A stretch of DNA of 64,000 bases from a bacterium (GTDB taxonomy: Bacteria > UBP6 > UBA1177): assembly GCA_016290135.1 (NCBI GenBank), contig JAEESW010000004.1, positions 40,066 through 104,065 of the forward strand. The letters run 5' to 3'. Shown here one piece after another: positions 30,304 through 39,903 of the stretch; within the stretch, counting starts at the first letter, position 1; the number at the start of each line of letters is the position of its first letter. The notes under the pieces are model-generated. The model saw only the letters and a list, made by a program, of their open reading frames with translations. It was not told the DNA's origin and ran no database searches. The translations under genes were made by a program, and so were the position numbers.

Positions 30304-31875
30304 TTATTCTATAAAGTATTGCTGCTCTGCTTTAGATTTAGATGATTCTTGAATTGACCGGATTCTTTCTTTTGTTTCTTCCGACAGATTGTCGCAGCCA
30401 TAGAATGCAAAATCACCGATTTTTTTAACAGAATCCGGAATGACGACAGAAACAAGACTGCTGCAACCAGAAAATGCACTTTCATCGATTTCCGTAACAG
30501 ATTCAGGAATAACTAGGGAAACAAGGCCGGAGCACTCTCCAAATGCGCTGGAACCGATTCTTTTTACGGAATTCGGAATAACTATGGAAGTAAGAGAAGT
30601 CTGACCATGAAATGCAAGCCAATCGATCACCTTAACGGAATCCGGTATTACTGTGTTCGCGCAGCCGCAGATCAGTTTGTTGGTTTTTGTTTCAATTATA
30701 GCATTACAGTTGTTTCTGGAATCGTATTTCGGATTGTTTTTGTCTACAATTATAGAAGTCAGTTTTCTGCAATTACAAAATGGGTCGGGACCGATTTTCG
30801 TAACGGAATCGGGAATAACTATGGATGTGAGGCTGCAGCCTAAAAAAGCATAACCATTAATTCTCTTAACGGAATTCGGGATAACTATTGAAGTGAGGTT
30901 TGTACAGTTGCTAAATGCACTCCAATCGATTTCCGTAACGGAATTTGAGATATTTACCGAGGTAAGACTTGTGCACCCCCAAAATGCATTTTCACCGATT
31001 TTCGTAACGGAGTTTGGAATAACTATTGAAGTGAGTCCGGAACATTTAACGAATGCATTATCACCGATTTTTTTAACTGAATCCGGTATGACAGTGCCTG
31101 CGCAACCGCAGATCAATTTTTTGCTTTTTGTTTCAATTACTGCATTACAGTTGTCTCTGGAATCATATTTCGGGTTATTTTTATCTACGGTGATCGATGT
31201 CAGGTTTACACAATTGCTGAAAGCATCTTCGCCGATTTCTGTAACGGAATCAGAAAATACAACAGAGGTGAGACTAGTACAGCCGGAAAAAGCATACTCG
31301 CCAATCTCCTTAACTGATTCCGGGATAACTACGGAAGTGAGACTTGTGCAGCCCATAAATGCATAGTTACCGATTTTTGTTGCACACTTCGAAATAACAA
31401 CGGAAGCAAGAGTTGTGCTGTCCTTAAAGGCCGAATCATCAATTATCTTTACGGAATCGGGAATAACTATTGAAGTAAGCCCGATGCAGTCACCGAATGC
31501 TCTGGAACCGATTTCTGTAACGGAATTAGGGATATCTATGGAAGTGAGTCTAGCACAGCCTGTAAATGCAAAATCGTTGATTTTCTTAACGGATTTTGGA
31601 ATAACGACGGATGAGAGTGTTTTACACAAAGTAAATGCACGTTCTCCGATTTCTGTTAAAGAATCAGGAAGAACGATTGAAGTGAGTGTTTCGCTGTCGC
31701 GAAAACCATTTTTATCAATAATTCTTTCCACTGGTTTTTTTAGTTTTATAACTCCTTTGCCGTCCGCAAAATCGTGGGAAAAGGCTTCTTTCGCAATCCA
31801 ATTGTTAAATTTTTTATTGGATAATTTTTTGGAACTTTCATAACAAATAGTTATCGACAATGTTTCTGTTTCCAT
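30304..31875 (-). CDS. BspA/TpLRR (LRR_5) leucine-rich-repeat protein
   Basis: Many LTSIVIP.SV..IG..AF.GC repeats; two copies of VDKNNPKYDSR.NCNA.IETK; no signal peptide seen. Confidence 0.92.
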   Translation of the reverse strand: METETLSITICYESSKKLSNKKFNNWIAKEAFSHDFADGKGVIKLKKPVERIIDKNGFRDSETLTSIVLPDSLTEIGERAFTLCKTLSSVVIPKSVKKINDFAFTGCARLTSIDIPNSVTEIGSRAFGDCIGLTSIVIPDSVKIIDDSAFKDSTTLASVVISKCATKIGNYAFMGCTSLTSVVIPESVKEIGEYAFSGCTSLTSVVFSDSVTEIGEDAFSNCVNLTSITVDKNNPKYDSRDNCNAVIETKSKKLICGCAGTVIPDSVKKIGDNAFVKCSGLTSIVIPNSVTKIGENAFWGCTSLTSVNISNSVTEIDWSAFSNCTNLTSIVIPNSVKRINGYAFLGCSLTSIVIPDSVTKIGPDPFCNCRKLTSIIVDKNNPKYDSRNNCNAIIETKTNKLICGCANTVIPDSVKVIDWLAFHGQTSLTSIVIPNSVKRIGSSAFGECSGLVSLVIPESVTEIDESAFSGCSSLVSVVIPDSVKKIGDFAFYGCDNLSEETKERIRSIQESSKSKAEQQYFIE

Positions 31876-32258
31876 TCTGATCTCCTAAAAAATTAAAAAT
31901 AAAAAGGCTTTTTTTCTGTTTTTCTACCATTTTTTACATAGCGGAAGCATCGTAGTAAAATTTTAGAAAAAGTCCAGAAAATCAGATGAGTTGGTTTCAG
32001 CAGATTGCGTTTTTTGCAGTAACCGCGCTTGCTTCGACCAAGATTGGCAACCAATATAACAAATGCAGAATTCTTATGCTGTGATTTTAAAATAAGAAGC
32101 ACTTTTTATCTTTTAAGCTATAATAATTTCTTCTATAATTTTATTTTTAATTTCAAAAATCTTTATTATAATATTTGCCGTTCCTTTGTTGATTGCAAAT
32201 AGAATAGAAACCGACGTTTTTGCGACAAGTAAAAACTGTTGGGGGTAAAAAAGCGACT

Positions 32259-32304
32259 GCCACGGTCCCTGGCACTGCCGAAACAGGAGAAGGGATACCG
32301 TGGC
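32259..32304 (+). ncRNA. Candidate structured RNA upstream of Abi-like gene
   Basis: GC-rich stem GCCACGG-TCCCT...AGGGA-TA-CCGTGGC with inner CTG-CCGAAA-CAG, in an AT-rich intergenic region, no U-tract. Confidence 0.4.
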
Positions 32305-32352
32305 TTACAAGGAGAATGTTATAAGAAATTTTTTGTAAGTCAAGGATAAATT

Positions 32353-33024
32353 ATGGATAAATCAACATTTGCAAACATAGAAAAATCAATTTCACCGGAA
32401 CGTCTCGCTATCTACAAAACGGACGGTGCAAATAACGAGGTGGCGCTTTCGAGGTATATTTACAACATAGAATTGTGTAAGAACCTTTATCCGCTCATAA
32501 ATATTTTTGAAGTGACATTGCGAAATTCAATAGACTGTGCTCTTACAGAATTTTTCGATGTGCCGGATTGGAACGATGTAATCCCGCTCATGCAGACAGA
32601 ACAGATAATGGTCAACGAAGTAAAAAACAAAATTAAAAAGAAAGGCAAAGAATACTCTCACCCTCGTCTTGTCTCTGAACTTACACTTGGATTCTGGGTC
32701 GCTCTCATGGGGAAAAAATACAACTCTCAGAAATTCAGATCTTTCATGATAAAAAATATGTTTTATGATTGCCCTTCAGAACAGAAAAGTTCCGCTGTAT
32801 TACAGAAAAATCTTGCTGAAATACGGTTTCTGCGAAACAGGATTGCTCACCATGAGCGCATATCGCACTGGAAGGATTTGAATCAAAAACATGATTTGAT
32901 TCTGGATTTTATCCGTTGGATGTCGCAGGATATGCACAAAATAGCGGTAAACAATGACACATTCGAAGCAGTTTACAAAAACGGGATCGCTCCCTTTGAA
33001 CGATTTGTGAAGGAAAAACTGTAA
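32353..33024 (+). CDS. Abi-like (Abi_2/AbiD-AbiF type) HEPN protein
   Basis: IS.ERL..Y, Y.YNI.L, FEV.LRN.I, LVSELTLGFW and HEPN RxxxxH motif RNRIAH. Confidence 0.8.
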   Translation: MDKSTFANIEKSISPERLAIYKTDGANNEVALSRYIYNIELCKNLYPLINIFEVTLRNSIDCALTEFFDVPDWNDVIPLMQTEQIMVNEVKNKIKKKGKEYSHPRLVSELTLGFWVALMGKKYNSQKFRSFMIKNMFYDCPSEQKSSAVLQKNLAEIRFLRNRIAHHERISHWKDLNQKHDLILDFIRWMSQDMHKIAVNNDTFEAVYKNGIAPFERFVKEKL

Positions 33025-33065
33025 AAACTTTATGCCAATAAAACCGACTTGGGTTGAAAGATTTC

Positions 33066-33899
33066 TTAAAACTTCACCGTGAAACTTAATCCGTTTCCTG
33101 TCACGGCTACGCTCATGTCGCTTTTGGTATTTAAAGTGTGCAGGAAAGGGACTAAAAATCCGACTGCGCTTCCGATTGCAGCACCGGCAAGAACATCGCT
33201 TAAAAAGTGCTTTCCGCTGGAAACTCTCAAGACTGCAACACCGGTGGCAAGTGCGTAACTGCCGATGGAAACCGGAATCCGCCACGGTGAATTGCGGAAG
33301 TATCTGCAGAAAGTGTAGGTGAGAAATGTTGCGCTTGCGAAGGCTATGGTCGTGTGGCCGGAAGGAAAGGATTTCGCCCAGTCGCCGCTGTTTAGTTCAC
33401 TTTCGGGCATAGTCTCGCGGTCGGAATACATATAAGGCCTGGGGCGGTTGACGGCAAGTTTCAGCGTCTCTTTCAAGCCGTTTGCGACAAGCAGTGTTTC
33501 GATGTACATCACGCCGTTCGTAAACCATTCCTCTTTGTCAGTGGAAAGCAGTGCAACAGGCGTTACGGCAGATGCAATGAGCAGAAAATCTGCAGCTCCG
33601 TCGTGGATTTCCGAATAAGGGCGCATAAGTTTGCGGTCGAAAGCGTTCACATCGCTTTTGGAATATACTGTTTCGTCGTATTTTCTGCGGTTGATCTCCA
33701 TCATGTCGCTAAGGATCAGGTTCCCGCCTGTGAGCAGAATGCCCGTTCCGAGCAGAAGCCCGTCGGTCAGCGGGTCAAGTGAGAAAAATTTCCCGCTTCC
33801 CCGGATGTTGAATTTTTCACCGCTTTTGGCGGTATTTTCTTCGGCAAACAAAGGAAGTGTCATCAAAATCAGAAGAAATATGCAGAGGATTTTTTTCAT
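33066..33899 (-). CDS. PAP2-family phosphatase, secreted/membrane
   Basis: K...NRPRP, SFPSGH, R..SGKHF.SDV..G; signal peptide. Confidence 0.9.
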   Translation of the reverse strand: MKKILCIFLLILMTLPLFAEENTAKSGEKFNIRGSGKFFSLDPLTDGLLLGTGILLTGGNLILSDMMEINRRKYDETVYSKSDVNAFDRKLMRPYSEIHDGAADFLLIASAVTPVALLSTDKEEWFTNGVMYIETLLVANGLKETLKLAVNRPRPYMYSDRETMPESELNSGDWAKSFPSGHTTIAFASATFLTYTFCRYFRNSPWRIPVSIGSYALATGVAVLRVSSGKHFLSDVLAGAAIGSAVGFLVPFLHTLNTKSDMSVAVTGNGLSFTVKF

Positions 33900-34114
33900 T
33901 TCTCCACCAATCCGTGAAAAACAAAAACGCCGGAATTATAGCGGAAATCTCTCTGATTGGAAGATATATCTGCGGAAAACATTTTTTGAAAAGCACAAGA
34001 ACTTCGACCAAAATGACATCGCGATGTTGATTTGGTCGAGGTTTATTCAGAAGCAAGTAATTTGAGAAAAATCTCTCTTTAAATAAAATTGCCTGTTTTT
34101 TTGAGGAGGTTCAA

Positions 34115-36610
34115 ATGCAGAACGAGGGAAAAATCGCGATTCTGGATGTGAGTTCATATATTTTCAGGGCTTTTCACGCGCTGCCGCCGATGACATCGCC
34201 TGACGGAAGGCCGGTGAATGCGATATACGGCTTCATCAACATGTTTTTGAGGACGATGTCGAAGTTCAAAGGTTTTGCGGCGGTCGCGGCGCTTGACAGC
34301 AAGACGGAGACTTTCAGGAAAAAGGCGTATCCTGAGTACAAGGCTAACAGAAAGGAGGTCGATCCTGACCTGAAATCACAGTTCGAGCTCATCACGCCGA
34401 TGCTTGAGGCGCTCAATATTCCGGTTTTTGCCTCCGACGGCTTCGAGGCGGATGACATCATTGCTTCGATCGTAGCCAACAATCCGGATAAAGAGATAAT
34501 CATCATCTCTTCCGACAAGGACTTGATGCAGCTCGTAGGCGGGAACGTCCTCATGTACGACAGCATGAAGGATAAGGTCATCGATCCTGCGGCTGTGCAG
34601 GAAAAATACGGCGTTATGCCGGCTCAGATGCTCGATTTTCTCGCTCTTTTGGGCGACAGCTCCGACAATGTTCCCGGAATGCCGAAAGTGGGGCTTAAAA
34701 CCGCAGCGGAACTTCTCAACAAATACGGCTCCGCTGATAATATTTACCAGAATCTGAGTGCTCTGAAACCTGCATTGCAAAAGGGTTTTACAGAAAATAA
34801 GGAACAGTTTGAGTTCTCGAAATTTCTTATAAAACTTGATTCTTCAGTAAAACTGGACGGCTGCAAAAAATGCTTCGATCCTTGGGAAAATCCCGATACC
34901 GAAAAAATCGTGAAACTCTGCTCCGAATTAGGTTTTGCGTCGATTCTGAAAAAGATTGGAAGTGATTCTTCGGCAAAAAAGGAACCGGCTCCCGAACCGA
35001 AGAAAACGATCGAGCTTCACGAAAAATGGGAAGCCGGCGAATTTGATGTAAAAAGCGGTGAAACCCTTTACGGAAGCACCTTTTACGGCAGTTTTTATGT
35101 CGCAAAAGAGGGCAGATTCATGCCGCTTGGGATTGCAGACCTGCCTCAGGATTCGACAGTTTATTCATTTGAAGTGAAAGAGTTCCTTGATGCGCCTTTT
35201 CCGAAAGGAATAAAATTCATCGACTTGCAGATCTACTATTTCTGTCACGACAGCGGAAGACACGGTTATTCGCCGGAAGAGATCGCGGAGGCCCTGGGTC
35301 TAGGCGAGGTCAGCAAAGATTCTCCCGAGCAGTTCTTTGCATTTTTAGAAAAACTTCGCGCAAAGATCGAGGAAAAGCACGAAGACAAGTCGTTCCTTCT
35401 GAACGGGATAGAAATGCCGCACCTTGAGGTCGTCCGCGCGATGGAGCAGAACGGGATAAAAGTCGATCTTGACGAAACGAACAGGCTGAGGACTGAATTT
35501 TTAAGCAAGATCAATGACTTGACGAAGCAGATCTATGAGGCTGCAGGAACGGTTTTCAATCCCAATTCACCGAAACAGCTTGCCGAAATTTTGTTTGACA
35601 AACTTCAGCTCAAAGGCGGCAAAAAGACAAAAACCGGCTACAGCACAGGCCACGAGGTCCTTGAAAATGTTGCAGAGGAAAACGATCATCCGCTCCCCAA
35701 ACTCATAATCGAGAACAGAAAATACTCGAAGCTTGTTTCGACTTACCTTGAGCCGATCGCTGCAAAGACCGCTTCCGACGGCAGGCTTCACACTTCCTAC
35801 ATCGTGACTTACGCCGCGACGGGCAGACTCGCGAGCAGGGAACCGAACCTGCAGAATATCCCGACGAGGACCGAGGACGGGCAGAAGATCAGAGGTCTTT
35901 TCGTTGCCGAAAAAGGGTTCAAGCTTCTCTCTCTCGATTACAGCCAGATCGAACTCAGAATTTTGGCTGCACTCAGCAAAGAGCCTGAATTTATTGACGC
36001 TTTCAAGAACGGCGAAGACATCCACAGACGCACGGCCGCAGCGATCTTCGGCACTCTTCCTGAATTCGTGGACAAAGAGATGCGCCGCAACGCAAAGGCG
36101 GTCAACTTCGGCATAATCTACGGGATGCAGGCATACAAACTCTCGGTCGATACAGGGGTCGATATCGCTTTTGCGAAAAAATACATCGACAACTACTTCG
36201 CGTGCTACCCGAAGATCAAGCAGTTCATCGACGGCACGATACGCGAGGCGAGAGAAAACGGATATGTCGAAACTTTTTACGGGCGCAGGCGCTACATTCC
36301 CGAGATCGCGAACACCAACAAAAATATCGCGAAATCGGGCGAAAGAATGGCGGTGAACACTGTGATCCAGGGAACCGCAGCCGATGTTATCAAGCAGGGA
36401 ACGGTTTTAGTTTACAAAATGCTGCAAGAGGAATGCCCCGAAGCGCGGATTCTGCTACAGATTCACGACGAACTTATCATAGAGATCCCCGAAAACAGAC
36501 TTGATATTGCCGAAAAATGCGCTGAAAAAATGCGGGAAGCAGGCAAAGATTTCGAAGTGCCGCTCGATGTCAACTACTCTGTCGGCGGCAACTGGGCTGA
36601 ACTCAAGTAG
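34115..36610 (+). CDS. polA: DNA polymerase I
   Basis: 5'-3' exonuclease (FRAFHA, YKANR, EADD, GD.SDN) plus polymerase motifs DYSQIELR, AKAVNFGIIYG, QIHDEL; proofreading domain looks degenerate. Confidence 0.98.
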   Translation: MQNEGKIAILDVSSYIFRAFHALPPMTSPDGRPVNAIYGFINMFLRTMSKFKGFAAVAALDSKTETFRKKAYPEYKANRKEVDPDLKSQFELITPMLEALNIPVFASDGFEADDIIASIVANNPDKEIIIISSDKDLMQLVGGNVLMYDSMKDKVIDPAAVQEKYGVMPAQMLDFLALLGDSSDNVPGMPKVGLKTAAELLNKYGSADNIYQNLSALKPALQKGFTENKEQFEFSKFLIKLDSSVKLDGCKKCFDPWENPDTEKIVKLCSELGFASILKKIGSDSSAKKEPAPEPKKTIELHEKWEAGEFDVKSGETLYGSTFYGSFYVAKEGRFMPLGIADLPQDSTVYSFEVKEFLDAPFPKGIKFIDLQIYYFCHDSGRHGYSPEEIAEALGLGEVSKDSPEQFFAFLEKLRAKIEEKHEDKSFLLNGIEMPHLEVVRAMEQNGIKVDLDETNRLRTEFLSKINDLTKQIYEAAGTVFNPNSPKQLAEILFDKLQLKGGKKTKTGYSTGHEVLENVAEENDHPLPKLIIENRKYSKLVSTYLEPIAAKTASDGRLHTSYIVTYAATGRLASREPNLQNIPTRTEDGQKIRGLFVAEKGFKLLSLDYSQIELRILAALSKEPEFIDAFKNGEDIHRRTAAAIFGTLPEFVDKEMRRNAKAVNFGIIYGMQAYKLSVDTGVDIAFAKKYIDNYFACYPKIKQFIDGTIREARENGYVETFYGRRRYIPEIANTNKNIAKSGERMAVNTVIQGTAADVIKQGTVLVYKMLQEECPEARILLQIHDELIIEIPENRLDIAEKCAEKMREAGKDFEVPLDVNYSVGGNWAELK

Positions 36611-36619
36611 GAGGAAAGC

Positions 36620-37909
36620 ATGAAAACCAACACACTGATTTTAGGTGCCGGGCTCACCGGCTTGTCTGCCGCGTATCACGCAAAAGGGAAGGATTTTCTT
36701 GTCGTTGAGAAAAGTGATCATGTCGGCGGGATCTGCACGAGCGAGAAGAAAAACGGCTTCATTTTTGACCAGACCGGGCATTGGTTTCACGTGAAAACAT
36801 CCGAGGTTCGTTCACTGATGACGCGGCTTTTCGGGCAAAATACAGTTGAAATAGAACGCAAAACTTTTGTCTTTTCGCACAATGTTTTTACGCAGTATCC
36901 TTTTCAGTCTAACACTTTCGGCTTGCCGCCTCAGGTGATAAAAGAGTGCGTTTTGGGCTTTGTCAAAGCATACTACGAAAACGACAAGTCTAAGGCGCAT
37001 GAAAACTTCTACGAATGGTGCATGGCCTATCTCGGAGAGGGGATCTCAAAGCATTTCATGATCCCTTACAACACCAAGATCTATACCGTCCACCCGAAGG
37101 ACTACGCGAGCCACTGGTGCGACTACTATGTGCCGAAACCCACGCTGGAACAGGTGATAGAGGGTGCCGTGACTGCGCCTGAGCAGAAAAATATCGGATA
37201 TAACGCGAAGTTTTTCTATCCGAAGGAAAACGGCATCGGGGAGTTGCCGGAACGCCTCTTTGACCTCTGTGAAAAAGAGAAATTCATCTTCAACGCAGAG
37301 CCTGTTTCGATAGATGCGGCGCAGAAAAAGGTGAAATTAAGCAACGGAATGGAAATCGTTTATGAAAAACTCATAAATACGATCCCGCTCAACAAATTTC
37401 TGAAACTTCTTACCAATTTGGCAGAGTTCCCGGCGCATGAAATTGCAGACAGATTGAAAATCGCGCACGTCAGCTATTTCAACGCCGCTTTCAAGAAGCC
37501 GTGCGGACACACGGGGCACTGGTTCTATATTCCGGAAGAAAAGTTCATGCCTTACAGAGTCGGATCTTTCTCCAATATTTACAGTAAGTTGGCTCCTATG
37601 GGTAAAGGAAGTGCCTACATCGAGTTTACCCATCAGGAAGAAAATATCGATACGGAACTTTTCTACAAAAAAAGCGTCGAACTTCTTCTTGCAATGGGAC
37701 TGATCAGTTCTGAAAACGACATCGAATTCATGGATTACCGCAAAATTGACGCCGGATATGTCATCTACCACAAAGAATATTTCGACGACATGGCACTCAT
37801 CGAGAAGTGGTGCGAAAAGAACTCCGTGAAACTTGCCGGAAGATACGGAAAGTGGACCTATTCCGCGATGGAAGACGCCATTTTGGACGGAATGAAAGCG
37901 ATAAAATAG
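36620..37909 (+). CDS. FAD-dependent oxidoreductase (protoporphyrinogen oxidase/UDP-Galp mutase-like)
   Basis: ILGAGLTGL, E....VGG, FD.TGH, PYNTK, F.YP..GIG, GRYG.W.Y..ME. Confidence 0.8.
   Translation: MKTNTLILGAGLTGLSAAYHAKGKDFLVVEKSDHVGGICTSEKKNGFIFDQTGHWFHVKTSEVRSLMTRLFGQNTVEIERKTFVFSHNVFTQYPFQSNTFGLPPQVIKECVLGFVKAYYENDKSKAHENFYEWCMAYLGEGISKHFMIPYNTKIYTVHPKDYASHWCDYYVPKPTLEQVIEGAVTAPEQKNIGYNAKFFYPKENGIGELPERLFDLCEKEKFIFNAEPVSIDAAQKKVKLSNGMEIVYEKLINTIPLNKFLKLLTNLAEFPAHEIADRLKIAHVSYFNAAFKKPCGHTGHWFYIPEEKFMPYRVGSFSNIYSKLAPMGKGSAYIEFTHQEENIDTELFYKKSVELLLAMGLISSENDIEFMDYRKIDAGYVIYHKEYFDDMALIEKWCEKNSVKLAGRYGKWTYSAMEDAILDGMKAIK
36783..36798. promoter_or_regulatory. parS-like site (degenerate)
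   Basis: GGTTTCACGTGAAAAC; core TTTCACGTGAAA intact. Confidence 0.4.
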
Positions 37910-37913
37910 AACC

Positions 37914-38030
37914 AAAATATTGAAAAATTGCCATTTTTGCCTTGAAAATATATTGAAAAGTTGGTTTTTTTGATCCGAAAAGATATTGAAAAGTAGTCTT
38001 TTTTAGTCCGAAAATATATTGAAAAGTCGG
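37914..38030 (+). repeat. Orphan 4 x 33-bp periodic direct-repeat array
   Basis: ATATTGAAAA core starts at 37917, 37950, 37983 and 38016 (exact 33-bp period), between convergent genes. Confidence 0.85.
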
Positions 38031-38063
38031 AAAACGTCTATTTCGTGATGTTTTTTTGAGGGG

Positions 38064-38984
38064 CTATTTGTTGATCTTGTAGCGGAGGAGTTCTTTCAGG
38101 AAGCGGCGCAGCTTATCCTTGAAAGTGTATCTGTATCTCGCAATAAAAAGTTTGTTCATTTCTTCATCAAATTCCAGAGTATCGGGGAGGACGACCTTTT
38201 CGCCGTTTTGGGCTATAATCGGTTTGTTCGGCGCTTTGCCTGCGTTTCCGCAGTGGATGCCGCTTCCGTCGAAGCCGATATTTTCAACAAGAGAATATGT
38301 CGGAAAAACGGTGAAACGGTTTTTAGAATAGTTGTTATAATACCAGCGTATAGCCCAGGAATTCATTGTTCCGTTCATCTGTGCTCTGAGGATATAGGGC
38401 AGGTCGTCTCCGCCGCGCCTGAAAAGTTTGTTTTTGGTTTTATCGGTGAATATTTCCTGCCAGCCGAGCACGTCCCAGTCCGCTTCGTTCCAACGGTCTT
38501 TCCAAGTTCCCCATCCCCAACTTGAATAGCGGTAAGTCAGAAAAACAGGGGAATTCCAATTCTCCGGAATCTGCATCGGAACGTTGTATCCCGAAATCGA
38601 GAAAATTCTTTCGTCGTTTTCGTATTTTTCCAGAGCTTCATTCATGAATTCGAGAAAATTCGGAGCTGTGAGAATGTCATCCTCAATGATTATAGCTTTT
38701 CCGTGCTCGTTTATGACCTTGGTGATACCTGAAATTATGGAATCGGCGCACCCGATGTTGGTTTCGGCCTCGGTGACGACAACTTCTTTAAAACCATCAA
38801 TTTTATTAATTATTTCGCGAACACGGTTCACATTTTCAAAGTCTTTTTCCTTCTTTGCCGCATCGGAAAAAACATAAAGAATCGAATCTTTGGCCAAAGT
38901 GTTTTTTTTCAATGCGTTCAGCACCATTTCGGTGTGTTTCGGTCGGTTGTAGACGAATAAAATTATCGGGGCGAAGTCAGTCAT
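38064..38984 (-). CDS. Glycosyltransferase (GT-A fold)
   Basis: API.LFVYNRP.H, IIIEDD, SWGWGTW, SWAIRW, NIGFDGSG.HC. Confidence 0.88.
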   Translation of the reverse strand: MTDFAPIILFVYNRPKHTEMVLNALKKNTLAKDSILYVFSDAAKKEKDFENVNRVREIINKIDGFKEVVVTEAETNIGCADSIISGITKVINEHGKAIIIEDDILTAPNFLEFMNEALEKYENDERIFSISGYNVPMQIPENWNSPVFLTYRYSSWGWGTWKDRWNEADWDVLGWQEIFTDKTKNKLFRRGGDDLPYILRAQMNGTMNSWAIRWYYNNYSKNRFTVFPTYSLVENIGFDGSGIHCGNAGKAPNKPIIAQNGEKVVLPDTLEFDEEMNKLFIARYRYTFKDKLRRFLKELLRYKINK

Positions 38985-39558
38985 TTGAGTTCTCCAAAGA
39001 ACTATAATTTTTGTTACTGCAATATTTTTGTTTTGGACTGTTCGGTTTGTCCGGAATTAGAGGAAATATTTTTTTAAGGGATATTAGAGGCACAAGGATT
39101 TTAGTTCTGAAGTAATCACGAGATTTGATGCCACAGAATAGTTGCATTTCCTCTCTGGTGCGAGGAGTAAAGCAATAGTCCAGCAACTGATTCAGTCGCG
39201 TGACGTCAAGCGATATTGTGAGAGGTTGACCATCAACTTGACCACTATCTTGCGTACCAGCTTGCGTACTGACTTGCGTATCAGCTTGACCACTAGCGAT
39301 AGTTTTTGCTGAAATTGAAAGCGGAATTATAGTTTTAAAAACATCACCTTCAATAAATTCGGGATTTGCACCGCTGTAAAGACGTGTGAACTTATAGCTG
39401 TTGCGCATACCGGAACCGAGTTCGTCCGCATAGCCTATTTCCCTGAATACTCTGGAAATTGCCGGATTTTTCGGGATTTCGTTTTTCGCTTCTTTGTATT
39501 CTATCTGATAATTTTCGCCATGACGGATAAGTTTGAGAAGTTCATCAGGTAAATTCAT
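38977..39558 (-). pseudogene. Internally deleted AlbA_2/HATPase_c_4/wHTH (RecG-like ATP-binding regulator) gene
   Basis: AlbA N-terminus GE...IEYKEA joined after about 30 aa to KNPAI..VF..IGY.DELGSG; C-terminal PDKPNSPKQKY wHTH. Confidence 0.7.
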
Positions 39559-39586
39559 TTATATTTTCCTCCACATTATTACAAAA

Positions 39587-39625
39587 CCCTCCTCTCAAGG
39601 GAATGCTGCAAAGCGGCTGAGGGAC
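39587..39625 (-). repeat. Degenerate copy of the DUF559-associated REP
   Basis: Reverse complement TCCCTCAGCCGCTTTGCAGCA matches CCCCTCAGCCGCTTTGCGGCA at 50339. Confidence 0.55.
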
Positions 39626-39903
39626 CCAACACACGCCCCCGTCGCCAAAGCAGCACCCCCTCTAACTTAGATTGGGACTAGAAACTGCTGTATTATACTG
39701 AATTTTTCAGAAAATCCATCAAAAACAGAGATGCACAGCGGCACATTTCCGCCGAAGTCGATCTGCGAAAAATGTTATTTGCAACAAAAAAAGTAAATTT
39801 TGCGAGAAAGATTTTCTGACAAATCCGGCGAGCCTCGAGTTTTAATAAACTACCTAAGTCTTGAAATGCGAGAAGAAAAAACGATCGGAGCGAGGTCAGT
39901 CAT

